NCBI GenBank assembly: GCA_964016885.1
Contig: CAXHJY010000351.1
Location: forward strand, 1 to 64,000
Direction: 5' to 3'
Source: Eledone cirrhosa
Taxonomy: Eukaryota
Length of the DNA: 64,000 bases
The notes beneath the pieces were generated by a model, which was not told where the DNA came from, searched no databases, and saw only the letters and a program-made list of their open reading frames with translations. The position numbers were made by a program, and so were the translations under genes. Below, piece after piece: positions 26,037 to 40,899 of the stretch; within the stretch, counting starts at the first letter, position 1; each line of letters begins with the position of its first letter.

Positions 26037-26192
26037 GAAATCTTAGTTAAAATTACTAAGATCAAATTTAAATGACTATTTCATGCATATTCAATAAAGT
26101 TAATCTGGAGGAACTATATATATACTGTATATATTTATACACACACACACACAAATATATATACACAAACACACACACACCCTCTCTCTCTC

Positions 26193-26304
<112 letters not shown>

Positions 26305-26702
26305 GAGCTCTGTTGAAGTTTTTCAGTCAATCACAAGTATGGAGATTTTGCATATATAAGTAACATTCATATATATATATACAGATATATATATATATAT
26401 AGAGAGAGAGAGGGGGGGGGGGTAGATAGATAGAGAGAGTGAGAGTGAGAGAGTGAAAGAGAGAGAGCGTGAGAGAGAGGGAGAGATAGAGAGAGAGAGT
26501 GAAAGAGAGAGAGAGAGTGAAATAGAGAGAGCGTGAGAGAGAGTGAAAGAGAGAGAGAGTGAAAGAGAGAGTGATAGAGAGAGAGATATAGACATAAATG
26601 ACATGAAAAACATCTCTAAACCTGACCTCTATTAAGACCCACTTTAGACCCAAATATATTAAATTTATGTATCTAGGTCATGCACAGAAAAATACACACA
26701 CT

Positions 26703-26737
<35 letters not shown>

Positions 26738-26919
26738 GCGTCAAACACACACACACAGACACACAAACAGTCACACATACTCACACACAAACACATACAC
26801 AAACAAACCAACACATACATAGAGAGGTTGTAACAAGAAAACGCCATCATATATTCCGTGTTAAAAAATGTAGCCATATATATTCCAAGCTATTTCAATA
26901 CCAAACAAACACTTTTCGT

Positions 26920-26952
<33 letters not shown>

Positions 26953-27147
26953 CTCTTCCCCCCTCTCTCTCTCTCTCCCTCTCTTATTCTGGCCATAATA
27001 AATGTCAAAGACAATGATTGGAACTGGTGGATGTATGGCAGTAGAAATCTACTCGTATATTCATATACATATATAATACATGCACACATACACATACACT
27101 CACACATGCATATATATATAAGACACACACGCACACATTGTATATAT

Positions 27148-27186
<39 letters not shown>

Positions 27187-27346
27187 CAATGTATACACAG
27201 AGTTGTTTTGGTAAAATACAGGAGTAAGCAGGAGAAAGCTCTCTACATTCGTAATGTGTAGTTACCATAGAGATTCAGTAAAAGAACAACATTAAAAAAA
27301 AAATCCTGATATTACATAAATGGTCTAATCATTATAATTATTTCAA

Positions 27347-27577
<231 letters not shown>

Positions 27578-27702
27578 TTATATATATACACATACATATA
27601 TATATATATATTTCTCTCTCTCTCTCTCTATATATATATACTTGGACAGCCAGCTTCCTGATGATTTCTCACGAATGAAGCAGTTCTAGTCCTGTAGAAG
27701 CT

Positions 27703-27768
<66 letters not shown>

Positions 27769-28045
27769 AAAGTTAAACAGAAATAAGAAGAACAAAAGGC
27801 ACAGTACATGAAATAAATATATTAGTTTAACGCTTGAAATAGCAGGAAGAGAGTCTTAACGTGTCGGACATTTGTTCTTCATCAGAAGTTAGAATGAGAA
27901 ATAAAAGATGAGAAGAAGAAGGAACAGTCCTTCAGGTTTTCTAAGGTCTTTAATAAGAATTTGAGAGGTTGGGCCGCCAACCAGGTCTCTGTGATACCCT
28001 TAAAGCAGAAACATTTCAGCACCCCCTCGTATATACATATATATG

Positions 28046-28104
<59 letters not shown>

Positions 28105-28334
28105 CTACTCCAGAGAAGACCCGCCTTACCTAAATATATAGTAAAACCTACTCCAGCTAGTAGGCATCTCTAACAAAATACACCCCGTCCCACCACCCCC
28201 ACCCCATCCACACCACCCCGTTCTATGTAAAGTTATGTTGGTACCACAACATCCAGGCCGAAACAAATGAGATCGTGTAGGTGTCACGACAAAAAAACAC
28301 ACAGTCCACGCTGTAATGTGGCCGTGTAGGCAAC

Positions 28335-28525
28335 ACGGTAAAAACCTCCCAGACCCACACTGTAAATGTGGTTGGTGTTAGGAAGGGCATCCAACTGTAG
28401 AAAACCTGCCAGACAGTCCTATGCGAGCAAGACAATCACTCTTGCCTCAAGTGGGACTACCCCCGTCCAAACCCATGCAAGCGTGGAACACGGACGTTAA
28501 ACGTTGATGATGATGATGATGATGA
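28335..28525 (+). mobile_element. SINE/RTE-type 3' fragment with (GAT)n tail
   Basis: GGTTGGTGTTAGGAAGGGCATCCA...CCCATGCAAGCGTGGAACACGGACGTTAAACG followed by (ATG)n. Confidence 0.6.
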
Positions 28526-28570
28526 TATATATATATATATAAATATTTTAATTTCATGAATCTCACTATT

Positions 28571-28604
<34 letters not shown>

Positions 28605-28622
28605 CATACGCACACACATATA

Positions 28623-28679
<57 letters not shown>

Positions 28680-29174
28680 TCTTTGGTGCTTCTCAATGAA
28701 ACGTGACATTTCATTTGGTACAAAAAACCCACTGTCATCACCAGACGGCGTTAGTGTGCTCACACAGGGGAAAAAAAACACTAAAATAGCTAAACCCATT
28801 TAACTGGGCCGTCTCCCAACACTACACCACCAAACGAGGCTGTCACCACTCCAACCCACCACCCTAAACTAGGCCCTCACGCCACCACCAACACCACTCG
28901 TCCTCCCTCATATCTAATTATGCTAATGTATTCATGTGTAAAATAAAATATATCTGTTTGACCTTTGTTGCCTGTCAGCAGGATTACTTCCGGTTATTGT
29001 AGTGCAAGCACCCCTACACCCCCGCTGACACCGCCATCTTCATCACCATCACTATCATCAACATTATAATCTTCACCATCCTTATGATGATGATGATGAT
29101 CATCATCATCATCATCATAAACCTCACCAATATGATACTCACCTCCAAATTTTAAGACCACCACCACCACCACG

Positions 29175-29209
<35 letters not shown>

Positions 29210-29510
29210 CATCACCATCATCCCTATCATCTGCCTCAACAATTTATTCCACCGCCACCACTACCACCACCACCACCACCACCGCAATATCATCCCCCAC
29301 TGCCACTGTTGTTATTAACGTCATCATCATCATCATCACCACCATCTTTACCACCCCTCTCTTACTCTCTACACCGCTACCATCACTCTTGCCGTCACCC
29401 TCAATACCATCACTATCATCATTAGTATTGTTACCCTCCTACCGCCATCCCTAGTGCCACCACCACATATATTACTACTATGCCACCACCACCACCACCA
29501 CTACAACAAA

Positions 29511-29563
<53 letters not shown>

Positions 29564-29812
29564 ATCAGATTATATTACCATTCTATTATCTATAAATAAA
29601 CATTCCTGTAATGTCCTCTCGATTAGGATTACCACCGTCTTCAACGTGGAGGAATCCATCCTTCCGGTGTAGGCCACCACACAGGCGAATTCTTCCTCCT
29701 CCCCCTCCTCAGAGAGATAGGTAGAGAGAGAGAGGGGGGAGAGAGAGGAAAGACAAAAAATGAGAAAGAGAGAGAGAGAGAATGATTGAGGGAGAAGGAA
29801 TGAAAGAGCAGG

Positions 29813-29847
<35 letters not shown>

Positions 29848-30205
29848 TGAGAGGGAGAGAAGGAGAGTTAAGAAGTAGTTTATAGATATGTATACAAACA
29901 TCCATTCAAATATTAAAACACAGCCGAAGGAAGGGGAGATAAGCGAGGCTGGTAAATACAGCAATGGCGAAGATAGATTGTGTCTTCTACTACAACATGA
30001 AGTATTAATGACCTCTGAACCTATATAACCTCTGCACTGTTCCACTGACCTGGCACAAATTAACACCGTTTCTTTAGTGGCTCTAACGATTGTAATACAT
30101 CATTTAGGGGACTTCTTTAAGAACATATAGCTGAGTAAAAGTAATACGCAGAGTAGCTTTATCTATCTAGGTATATGAACGTTTGCTCGTGTAAAAACAT
30201 ACACT

Positions 30206-30312
<107 letters not shown>

Positions 30313-31026
30313 GGGTAAGAGGAGGAAGGAAGCAAATGGGAAGATTTAAAGAGAAAGTAAGGATTCTAGAGAGATAGAGGGCAGAAGATGAGTCTGTTGT
30401 GTTTGTGAATTTTCGGTGATTATATATATATATATATATAAATTTATCCCGGGTTCAATGGAGGGTAACCACAGTAAGTAAGGTACTCAATACATAGCAG
30501 AGTATAAATATCTAGAACTGTTTCATTCAGGAGAAATCATCAGGAAGCCGGCTGTCCAAGTAATATGGTGGTATTTCGAGGTCGAGTTTGGTCAGCATGG
30601 TCTCTTGGTGATGGTTAAGAGGGGTACAAAGAATGCTTAAAGATAAGTTTATCCCGGGTTCAATCGGGGGTAATCACATATCATGTTTAATATAGAAATG
30701 ACTTCTACAGGACTAGAACTGTTTCATTCAAAATAAATCATCAGGAAATCCGGCGACTGACTTTGAAAGATTGTTGTATTTATATGTTTTCTGTTGGTTC
30801 GGGGCAGGTGGTGATTTGGGATATGGGTGGAGGTCATTGGCCAAGGGATTTTATATAAAATAATACAATAATATGGAAAATCAAACAAATGAAACCAAAC
30901 AGCAATGGCGCCTATGTATGGGATCTCAAGAAGAACCCAGAACTCCAGACCACATGATAACGTAGTGAGCTTTGTAATATTTTAGCTATGCCCACCTGTT
31001 CCGCCATCCGAATATATATATATATA

Positions 31027-31068
<42 letters not shown>

Positions 31069-31223
31069 GGTGTGTGTGTGTGTGTGTCTGATGGAGAACT
31101 AGCGTCCGAAACGTCAAGACCCTCTTCCTGTTATTTCAAACGTTAACCTAATATATTCCTTCCATATACTCTACCGATTGTGTTGTTATTTCTGTTTACC
31201 TTTTACACACACACACACACATA

Positions 31224-31359
<136 letters not shown>

Positions 31360-31666
31360 CGTGCGTCTTGTAAAGAGAAAGATAGATAAATAAATAGATA
31401 GATAGATAAATAGATTGGTAGGTAGATAGATAGATAGATTGGTAGATAGGGAGATAGAGAGGGTGAGGGTTGTAACACCTATGAATAACAAACTTTCGAA
31501 AGCAGAAATGTCCCAAATTCTCGAACCGCCCAAATTGTTCTATTTTAAAGAAACATTTTTTGATGACACTTTGTGACATTCAACAGAATAGATGCACCAT
31601 GGGAAAACGTTCCTCTTTACTCTTCCACACATGCCCGTTTATATTTAACCCTCTTACAGACATCCA

Positions 31667-31718
<52 letters not shown>

Positions 31719-31719
<1 letters not shown>

Positions 31720-32303
31720 GTGGGGCTATGTAGAACGACTATTGCCGTGGGTGGGACCAATCCGGTTGACCACCGAGTCCATTGTCATGCTCAAACCCCC
31801 ACCCACCTTCAAAAACGAAGGAGAGGCGGTTTTCCTTTGTGTGATAGCTATGGCGAAAGACGTTGTATGGTGGACAAGGTTGAAAGGGCTGAGGTCAGAC
31901 ACCTTTCTCTCCGGCCAACAACTGATTCTTTTTTTCAAATACCACTTTGGAAGAAGAATCAGGATGGAGAGAGAGGTGCTGTACCCCAGCAAGTTTTATG
32001 AAAGGTGGGTGAAAGTGGCGAGAATGGCCCGAGTGAATGGGCCTTCTCTCTATATCAGCCTGTAGGTTGAGGAAAAGGAGGAGGAGAGGAAAGGAGTACA
32101 AGCTCTTCGTACTCCTGGAGATGAGGGTTGCACATTTTTTTCGGGGGTCTGTGTTACCCATATAAACTGTCTCCCTCTATTGGGGAAAATCGACTAACTT
32201 TTAAATTCCATCTGTGATAACATTTTACACGTTTTTATTGTATGTAAACTTCCCCCTTTGTATTTGTCCCCTTCTTTTGTGCCCCTGTGGCTAATAAAGA
32301 AAT
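31719..32303 (+). mobile_element. 5'-truncated Tx1/L1-like LINE (ORF2 C-terminus + 3' UTR) in a (TATC)n tract
   Basis: ORF end FLCVIAMAKDVVWWTR...FYERW* resembles L1/Tx1 ORF2 C-termini. Terminates GTGGCTAATAAAGAAAT, with (TATC)n on both sides. Confidence 0.6.
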
Positions 32304-32304
32304 A

Positions 32305-32352
<48 letters not shown>

Positions 32353-32655
32353 GTTAAGTACCACTTCAGAAGGAAGGTGAGAGTGGAGAGAGAGGTGCTA
32401 CGCTCCAGTAAATACGCTGAAAGGTGGGTGGATGTGGCGAAAATGGCCCGAGTGAATGGGCCTTTTCTGTTTATAAACCTGTAGGTTGAAGAAGACGGGA
32501 ACACCTACAAAACGTGTTCCTGGTGTTGAGGGTTTTTCTATCCACGGGGTGTAAAACAACCCTGCAGTAAGGTTCCCCCTATTGGGGATTTCGATTGTTT
32601 TATTTTATATATAGTTTATTGTTATTCATTATTGTTAAAGATTTTATGTAAAACG
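32353..32655 (+). mobile_element. Second, shorter diverged copy of the same Tx1-like element
   Basis: KYHFRRKVRVEREVL...ERWVDVAKMARVNGP parallels 31938-32065. Also bounded by TATC units. Confidence 0.6.
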
Positions 32656-33794
32656 CTATCTATCTATCCACGTGTATTTGTGGGTATTGTGATTAACCTA
32701 CTAAGCATGTACTGAATCAAGGATTCATATTGTGTATAGAATCCGTATAATAATTGTTATTACGGATGTGTGTTTACTTCAAAGTTTCGCCAATGTCTTT
32801 GTTTTATAGATATTATATTGATACGCCAATAAATTCTGTTATACTGTAGGAAACAGTCATTATCAATAACACAGACAGACACACATACACACAGACATAC
32901 ATATATATAGTTCAAGGTGATAACACAGAGGTACAAAAAGTCTTATTAGTTCCATGCTATATATGGAAAAGGAGAAAGAAAGATCGACGTGTCGGATTTA
33001 AGTCCTTCTTCAGGAGTACAAAATAGAGACAGGATTACAAAAGTGAAATAGAAATAAAGGAATAAAGGAGGCCCTCCCAACAATATATATATATATATTT
33101 ATATGAAAACTTGAAGATTTAAACTTGAAATATTTTTCACTAAAATCACACTCTTGAAGAAGCATTCTGAGCGCTTTTCCTCACATTTACATAAGTTTTT
33201 TACCACATATAAACACGTTAAACCAATTAACGACCCTGTGTGTTAACGGGTAAGCATATTTGACTATGGCATTCTTTAGTTACACACACATACACACAGG
33301 TTTCAACACATATACAATCATAGGAACAGTCCCTCACATCCGAACAGTCATACAAACCTACACACGTACACGCCATTCCCAAAACAAGACCTGTCAATGC
33401 AAAAAAGATTTATTAAAAATCTGAAATTAGCTTTATAATATTTTGGTATGAGATTTACTTAATTATGCTTCAATTAAGAGTAATTAGATGGATATTACGG
33501 CTTTATAGGGACATAGAGGGGTAGAAGTGGTGTTGGATTATATATGGGTTGTTGTATATTGGTGTTAAGATGTAAATGGTGTATTTAGGGCACTTATGGC
33601 GCTTCTGTTTAAGTTACTGGTATCGTTTATAATGTAGTTACAACCTCAGATTTAGGTTTTGTGTTTTGTTTAGGATACTGTTACAAATATTGATGTTGAT
33701 CTTGTTGTTGATATTTAATTCTAGAGCAACCACGTTTCGGTTAGAACTATGACCAAATGTGTTACAGCCGAAACCGTCTTATCGTCTCCCCTAC

Positions 33795-33882
<88 letters not shown>

Positions 33883-34674
33883 CACACATGTTTGTATGTA
33901 TGTATATTACATATGATTATATAATGAAGAAATTGCTTCTACAGGATGAGAACTATTTCATTCTACAGGACATGAAGCAGCTCTAGTCATGTAGAAGCAA
34001 TCTCTTTATTATTACTAGTGTTATAAATCACCGAAACGCTGGGTGATTCGAAATTTGAAAACGTGAGTGACCCAAAGACAGAAAATAACTGTAACAACAA
34101 TAGATCGTTATGTATAATAGCTTAAATATCGGGTAAAATACCCCTGGAAACGGAAGAAAGTGGCCAGTGTATTATAATGGACGTAGGGGGTGATTGATTA
34201 TGTTAACATACAAAGAAATGGTTCACTTACGTGGATGCTGTCGAGGTAATACGTCCCTAGAGGAATTCAGACCTGATGATGAAGAAAGAAAAATAAGAAA
34301 ATAAATACAATATAACAAATAAAAGGATTCATTCATAAATATGACCGAATAAGGGTTACGAAATTATACATATATAATAGACATATATAAACACTGAAAG
34401 ACATTACTGACATATAGACATATATACATATGATTTCCAATTTAGGCAATGGGGGGGGGGGGGGGGGTACAAGTCAATTACATCATCTCCAGTACATGAC
34501 TGCTACTTCATTTTATCGATCTCTGAAGGATGAAGGGCAAAGTTGATCTGGACCTAGAGGTCTTAGTAGTTCACAAGCGAGGAAGAACTCAATACATATA
34601 ACAAAGTAAATATATATAATTATTTATTCGGTTTGTTTAGAAGTAAACACCCTCATAAAAGACGGCTGTTTACT

Positions 34675-34840
34675 TATTGGTAAAGGGTCGGACGCTATGC
34701 TTTGTAGCATAGAGTTACGGCCCTTTATGGTCTGAGTTCAAATCCCACCAACGTTAACTTTGCCTTTCATCCTTATGGGGTCAATAAAATAAAGTACCAG
34801 TAATACACTGGGATAATTCCTGGCCTTGTGCAATTATTAT
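34675..34840 (+). mobile_element. tRNA-derived SINE
   Basis: B-box GAGTTCAAATCCC and family core. A reverse fragment lies at about 34435-34550. Confidence 0.8.
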
Positions 34841-34934
34841 AATATTATTATTTTCTCACAAATATATTTAGGTATCCACTACGTTAAGAGCGAAAACAAA
34901 TTTTGTTTTTTATTTATACATTTCCTTACACTAT

Positions 34935-35700
34935 ATCTATCCCTTATATTGCTACCATAGAAGTTTGGACTACATCTATCCCTTATATTGCTACCATAGA
35001 AGTTTGGACTACATCTATCCCTTATATTGCTACCATAGAAGTTTGGACTACATCTATCCCTTATATTGCTACCATAGAAGTTTGCACTACATCTATCCCT
35101 TATATTGCTACCATAGAAGTTTGGACTACATCTATCCCTTATATTGCTACCATAGAAGTTTGGACTACATCTATCCCTTATATTGCTACCATAGAAGTTT
35201 GGACTACATCTATCCCTTATATTGCTACCATAGAAGTTTGCACTACATCTATCCCTTATATTGCTACCATAGAAGTTTGGACTACATCTATCCCTTATAT
35301 TGCTACCATAGAAGTTTGGACTACATCTATCCCTTATATTGCTACCATAGAAGTTTGGACTACATCTATCCCTTATATTGCTACCATAGAAGTTTGCACT
35401 ACATCTATCCCTTATATTGCTACCATAGAAGTTTGCACTACATCTATCCCTTATATTGCTACCATAGAAGTTTGGACTACATCTATCCCTTATATTGCTA
35501 CCATAGAAGTTTGGACTACATCTATCCCTTATATTGCTACCATAGAAGTTTGGACTACATCTATCCCTTATATTGCTACCATAGAAGTTTGGACTACATC
35601 TATCCCTTATATTGCTACCATAGAAGTTTGGACTACATCTATCCCTTATATTGCTACCATAGAAGTTTGGACTACATCTATCCCTTATATTGCTACCATA
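34935..35700. repeat. 39-bp minisatellite, 19 copies + partial
   Basis: Unit ATCTATCCCTTATATTGCTACCATAGAAGTTTG(G/C)ACTAC with no spacers. Confidence 0.97.
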
Positions 35701-36249
35701 CAAGTTCCTGGGTTCTAATCCTACATTTGTCCCTGTAAATATCATAGTTATTTCTCTAGAGATACTAATATATTTAATACTGTATATCATTTCTACACAT
35801 ATGCTGAACATTTATATAATTATATCCTAGAAATATATTATCAAATTATCATTCTTATCTTTAATAACTTCCACATGTCACTAGTCAACATAAACTATAG
35901 GGTTCCTTTTCCGCAAACAATTAATTTGTCAAAACACTATTTTCCAGTTTGTTGATTGTTTAAATACCCAGTAATCCTGGTACATATGACCTACCAATAC
36001 TGAGCTCCAAAAATTCAATAGTTTAATATTAGTGTCGCCATTATTGTCGACACTAGTGCAATATTATGAAAGACATATTTCAATTATTTAGCCCGTCGTT
36101 GCCGTTTATCAGAAAGGCAGGCTTTATTGAGCAACCCTATAATTAGATTTGAGCAGCCTTATGACTAGGTGGCGAATTGGCAGAGTCGTTAGAACGTCGG
36201 ATAGAATATTTTATGGTATTAGTTGCGGCTCTCTGCCCTCTGAACTCAG

Positions 36250-36530
36250 AGCTGTACGGGAGCCTCCCAAAAGTCAGCTCAAGAGTAACACAGAGGAGAC
36301 TGAGGTTAGCTGGACATGCTCACCGACATCCAGAGTTGACACTCCACTCAGTGCTCCTGTGGCAGCCGCTACATGGACACACTGGAAGCGGAAGACCAAG
36401 GTTAATGTATGTTGATGCCCTAAGGACAGACACTGGTCTCATGGAGACGCAGGACATGGCAGCGATAACGAGGGACAGAGACCGCTGGAGAGAACTCGTC
36501 CATGGATCTCGAGAATCTTACCCGCCCTAG
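36250..36530 (+). mobile_element. RTE-clade LINE 3' fragment (preceded by a SINE head at about 36170-36245)
   Basis: LYGSLPKVSSRVTQRRLRLAGH...WQP..G...GRPRLMYVD...DRDRWRELV is the typical RTE ORF C-terminus. Confidence 0.85.
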
Positions 36531-37244
36531 ACATAGACAAGGTCGATAAAAAAAGTAGCAGTCTAGTCCTGGGCTGGATTCTTCTCCTATATCTCTTTCT
36601 CATTTCCTCTCTCTCACTTTCTATCTTTCTCCGGAAGAAATTTGCTGTACTCAGGCCTGGAGTGGGATGGGCTCCGCCAAACTTAAAAGGGCCAAGAAAC
36701 ACCGTTTGTCAATACGGTGCCCCTACGACTCTATAAGGAGTTACGGGACCATACTTGATTAAATATATTCGTCAAATGAGGACCATATCGTCTTTTATAC
36801 AAACAACTTTACTCGTGTCACAATTATCCAATGTATCTCTTCATAAAATAATGAACGAGGCGATTTGAAGAATGGGGTGCTATTTCTAGCGTTCTAAAAT
36901 ACTCATTAGCTTGAGATGGTTGATACTTTGGACAAGATTCGAAAAACTTCCGGTTTTACAAGAGGGTGGTGCGGGGTGGCGGGGGTGGGTGGGTGGGGGG
37001 GGGGTGTACCATTTTGATATCATTGTAATTCTCTACCACAATACCAGCTGGTTTACATTTGTACAGACCGAGAGAAAGTACATTTATGACTGGCGGATGT
37101 ACTTGACATATTCACTACATATGAATATGTATGTATGTACGTGGAACTATGTATGTATGTATATATATATATATGTATATATATATATACATATATGTAT
37201 GTACGTGTATATATATATATATATATATACATATATGTATGTAC

Positions 37245-37291
<47 letters not shown>

Positions 37292-37300
37292 TGTATGTAC

Positions 37301-37383
<83 letters not shown>

Positions 37384-37486
37384 CATATATGTATATATAT
37401 ATATATACATATATGATTGTACGTGTATATATATATATATATATATATATACATACATATATGTATGTACGTGTATATATATATAC

Positions 37487-37521
<35 letters not shown>

Positions 37522-37592
37522 CATATATGTATGTACGTGTATATATATATATATACACATATATATATATATACATACATATATGTATGTAC

Positions 37593-37697
<105 letters not shown>

Positions 37698-38394
37698 TGT
37701 ATGTACGTGTATATATATATAATGTTATAAAACGAAAGGAGCTGTGTGGTTACTACAAACAAGGTTTAGGGTGGGGGTTAGGACGGAACAGGAGGTGAAA
37801 GGAAGAAAGGAGTTTCCATCGTCAGCTGTAAATGTTTCCCGAACCGATGTTTCGGCGCTGAACTACAGGACATCGGTGTAGTTCGGGTGCGCCCGAGGCC
37901 TTTTATTAATCAAAATGTCAGGTGGAAAAGGAGAGAGAAACAGAGAAAAGGAAAGAGAGGGAAAGGAGGAAGAACAGGGGGGGGGGGGAGAGATGAGGAG
38001 AGAGGAAGAAGGGGAACAATAGGAAAGGAATAGAAGAAGAAAAAGTGTACAGATCCCATCGTGGGAAGACACAGGTGAAAGAAACATCCAAAAAAGTAAC
38101 CGTGGAAAAATAGGGAAAGTAAGTTGTGGCCAGCCTGGGAGACTTGAGCCTGGGGGTCAGCTCCGACTCAGAGCTGGTATAATCGTGCTATATATAACGA
38201 AGGAGTTGTGGTAAGGAACTAGAGGGACCATAACGCACCAGAGTACTCAATAATTAGGGTAGTAGAGTGGGTAATAGGAACAAGTATGACCCCGACGGCA
38301 GAGCTCAAGCCGTTTCGACGGCTATTTCAGTCGAAACGGCTTGAGCTCTGCCGTCGGGTCATACTTTTTCCTATATATATATATACATACATAC

Positions 38395-38810
38395 AATATA
38401 TTAATAAATGGAAACTATATTTATAAAACCATATTTATTTTATTATACATATTTCAAGGGCAACCAAGGCAAATTATGGTGCCCTTTCATCAGATAAAAT
38501 ACAGATTTGGTTTATAAATAAATATTGACATACTCTGAAAAAAGACAACCTTAACGGTTGGAGCTTCCTGGATAGTCTATCCAGGAAGCTCCAACCGTTA
38601 AGGTTGTCTTTTTTTTCCGGGTAAAAAATCTGTATTTTATCTGATGAAAGCGCACCATAATTTGCCTTGGTTGCCCTTGAAATATGTATAATAAAATAAA
38701 TATGGTTTTATAAATATAGTTTCCATTTATTAATATATTGTGTATTTACTCCACTAACTCGTTGAGTGCTTTATATCAGTTATAACATTTTTAAGCGTGT
38801 TGAATTCTCT
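38395..38810. mobile_element. Family A long palindrome centred at 38576
   Basis: Centre AAGACAACCTTAACGGTTGGAGCTTCCTGGATAG-T-CTATCCAGGAAGCTCCAACCGTTAAGGTTGTCTT. Outer arms of about 110 bp each contain CTGATGA...GAAA. Confidence 0.8.
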
Positions 38811-39657
38811 GCATATATATATATATGTAAGTATGTATGTATATATGTTTGTACGTATATATGTATGTATGTATGTTTGTATATTTGACTTGCCTGTATG
38901 TGTATATGTATATATATTTGTATGCATGTATGTATATACAAGTATTTATGTATAGGCATGTAAAAATGTATGGATGGATGCATGTATGTATATATGCATG
39001 TTTGTATGTTTGTATGTATATGTACATATATGTATGCGCGTATGTGTATATATGTATGTATGTTTGCATATATGTATGTATGCACGTGTGTATGTTTGTC
39101 TGTAAGTGTGTATGTATATATATATATGTATTTGTATGCATGCATGTATGTGAGTATAATTATGTATAGGTATGTAATAAAATGTATGTATGTATATATG
39201 CATGTATGTATGTTTGTATGTATATGTATATATATATGTATGTTTGTATCTGTATGTATGTATGTTTGTATATATGTATGCGTGTGTGTGTATGTATTTA
39301 TGTATAGGTATGTAAGAATGTATTTATGTACGTGGAAGTATGTATGTATATATGTATGTATATATGTATGTATATATGTATGTTTGTATGTATATATGTA
39401 TGTGTGTATGTACAAATGTGTGTATGCATGTATATATGTATGTGTGTATTTGAGCATTTATTTATGAATGGGTATGTAAGAATGTATGTATGTACTTATG
39501 ATTATATGCATGCATATGTATGTATATATGCATTTATGCATGTATGTATGTTTGTATGTTTGTGGGTGACGTGTGTTGTATGTATGTATATTTCCACTTC
39601 CGCTACTAAGCGGAAGCAGAACCTTTGGGAAACCCAGAAAGAAGGAAGAATGTATAT

Positions 39658-39717
<60 letters not shown>

Positions 39718-39886
39718 GTTAGTGATAATACTGCTTACCAGATGTGGTTAGCAATGTTTAGTTAATTATAGTACTATAATTAACATATTCATGTATATTT
39801 TTCTCTCTCGCACACACACACCCACAGACGCCCCCCCCCAGATATACACACCCACAGACACACACACACACCCCCACATACACACC

Positions 39887-39939
<53 letters not shown>

Positions 39940-40224
39940 GGTGTATTAAAAAGAATCATCCTATTTTATTTACAACTTTTACACTTTTGGGACTCGAGAG
40001 TATATGTTGAAATATTTAATGCAACTCCTAGGGTGAGGGTTCAAATTTAGGGGTGGTATGTCACTTCCTTCCTCTATTTCCACCCCCGCTTATTCTAACC
40101 CGCCCCCATATTATTTGAGACCCGGGAGTATGTGTTTGCTAAGTGAATATGTCTTAAAGTGTCAGTATACATATAGAAATACAGTAACATGTAAAATATA
40201 TTATACACACCTCACACTAATCTA

Positions 40225-40277
<53 letters not shown>

Positions 40278-40480
40278 TAGGAGATTACTCTGGTAACACG
40301 ACTCCATACATTCTTTATTTAAGGCTGAAATATTATTCAAGCTGTCACAAAAAAAATATCAACCTTTACTAAGGTATTGAGTACTCATTCTTACCAATAT
40401 TAAGCGCATATATATATATATATATATACATTTTTGGGACACCCTGTAAATATATATGTATACAGTCCCTATACCACCAG

Positions 40481-40528
<48 letters not shown>

Positions 40529-40577
40529 CACTACTACTACAACTACTACTACTACAACGACCATTACTACTACTAAT

Positions 40578-40765
40578 AATAATTGTTTCTTCTTTAGGCA
40601 CAAGGCCAGCAAATTCACCAGTGTATTACTGGTACTTTATTTTATCGACCCCGTAAGGATGAAAGGCAAAGTTAACTTCGGCGCGATTTGAACTCAGAAT
40701 GGCAAGGGGCGTAACTCGATGTGTCAAAGCATAGTGTCCGACCCTCTACCGATACTGCCAATCCA
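40578..40765 (-). mobile_element. tRNA-derived SINE, full length
   Basis: Reverse complement of the family consensus. Confidence 0.85.
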
Positions 40766-40899
40766 ATGTTGTGGTATCACCTCTAACACCACCACCATCT
40801 TAGTGGCACTCCTATAAATACCAGCCCACCCCATCATCATTTAAACACCCCGAAACCCCTACAACTACCCCCGCCACCTTTCACACTTTACATAGTCAG

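Noticed and set aside
34935-35700. CRISPR-like array or 13-aa repeat protein
   Set aside because: Units are contiguous with no unique spacers and no cas genes, in a eukaryotic context. The open frames follow from the 39-bp period.
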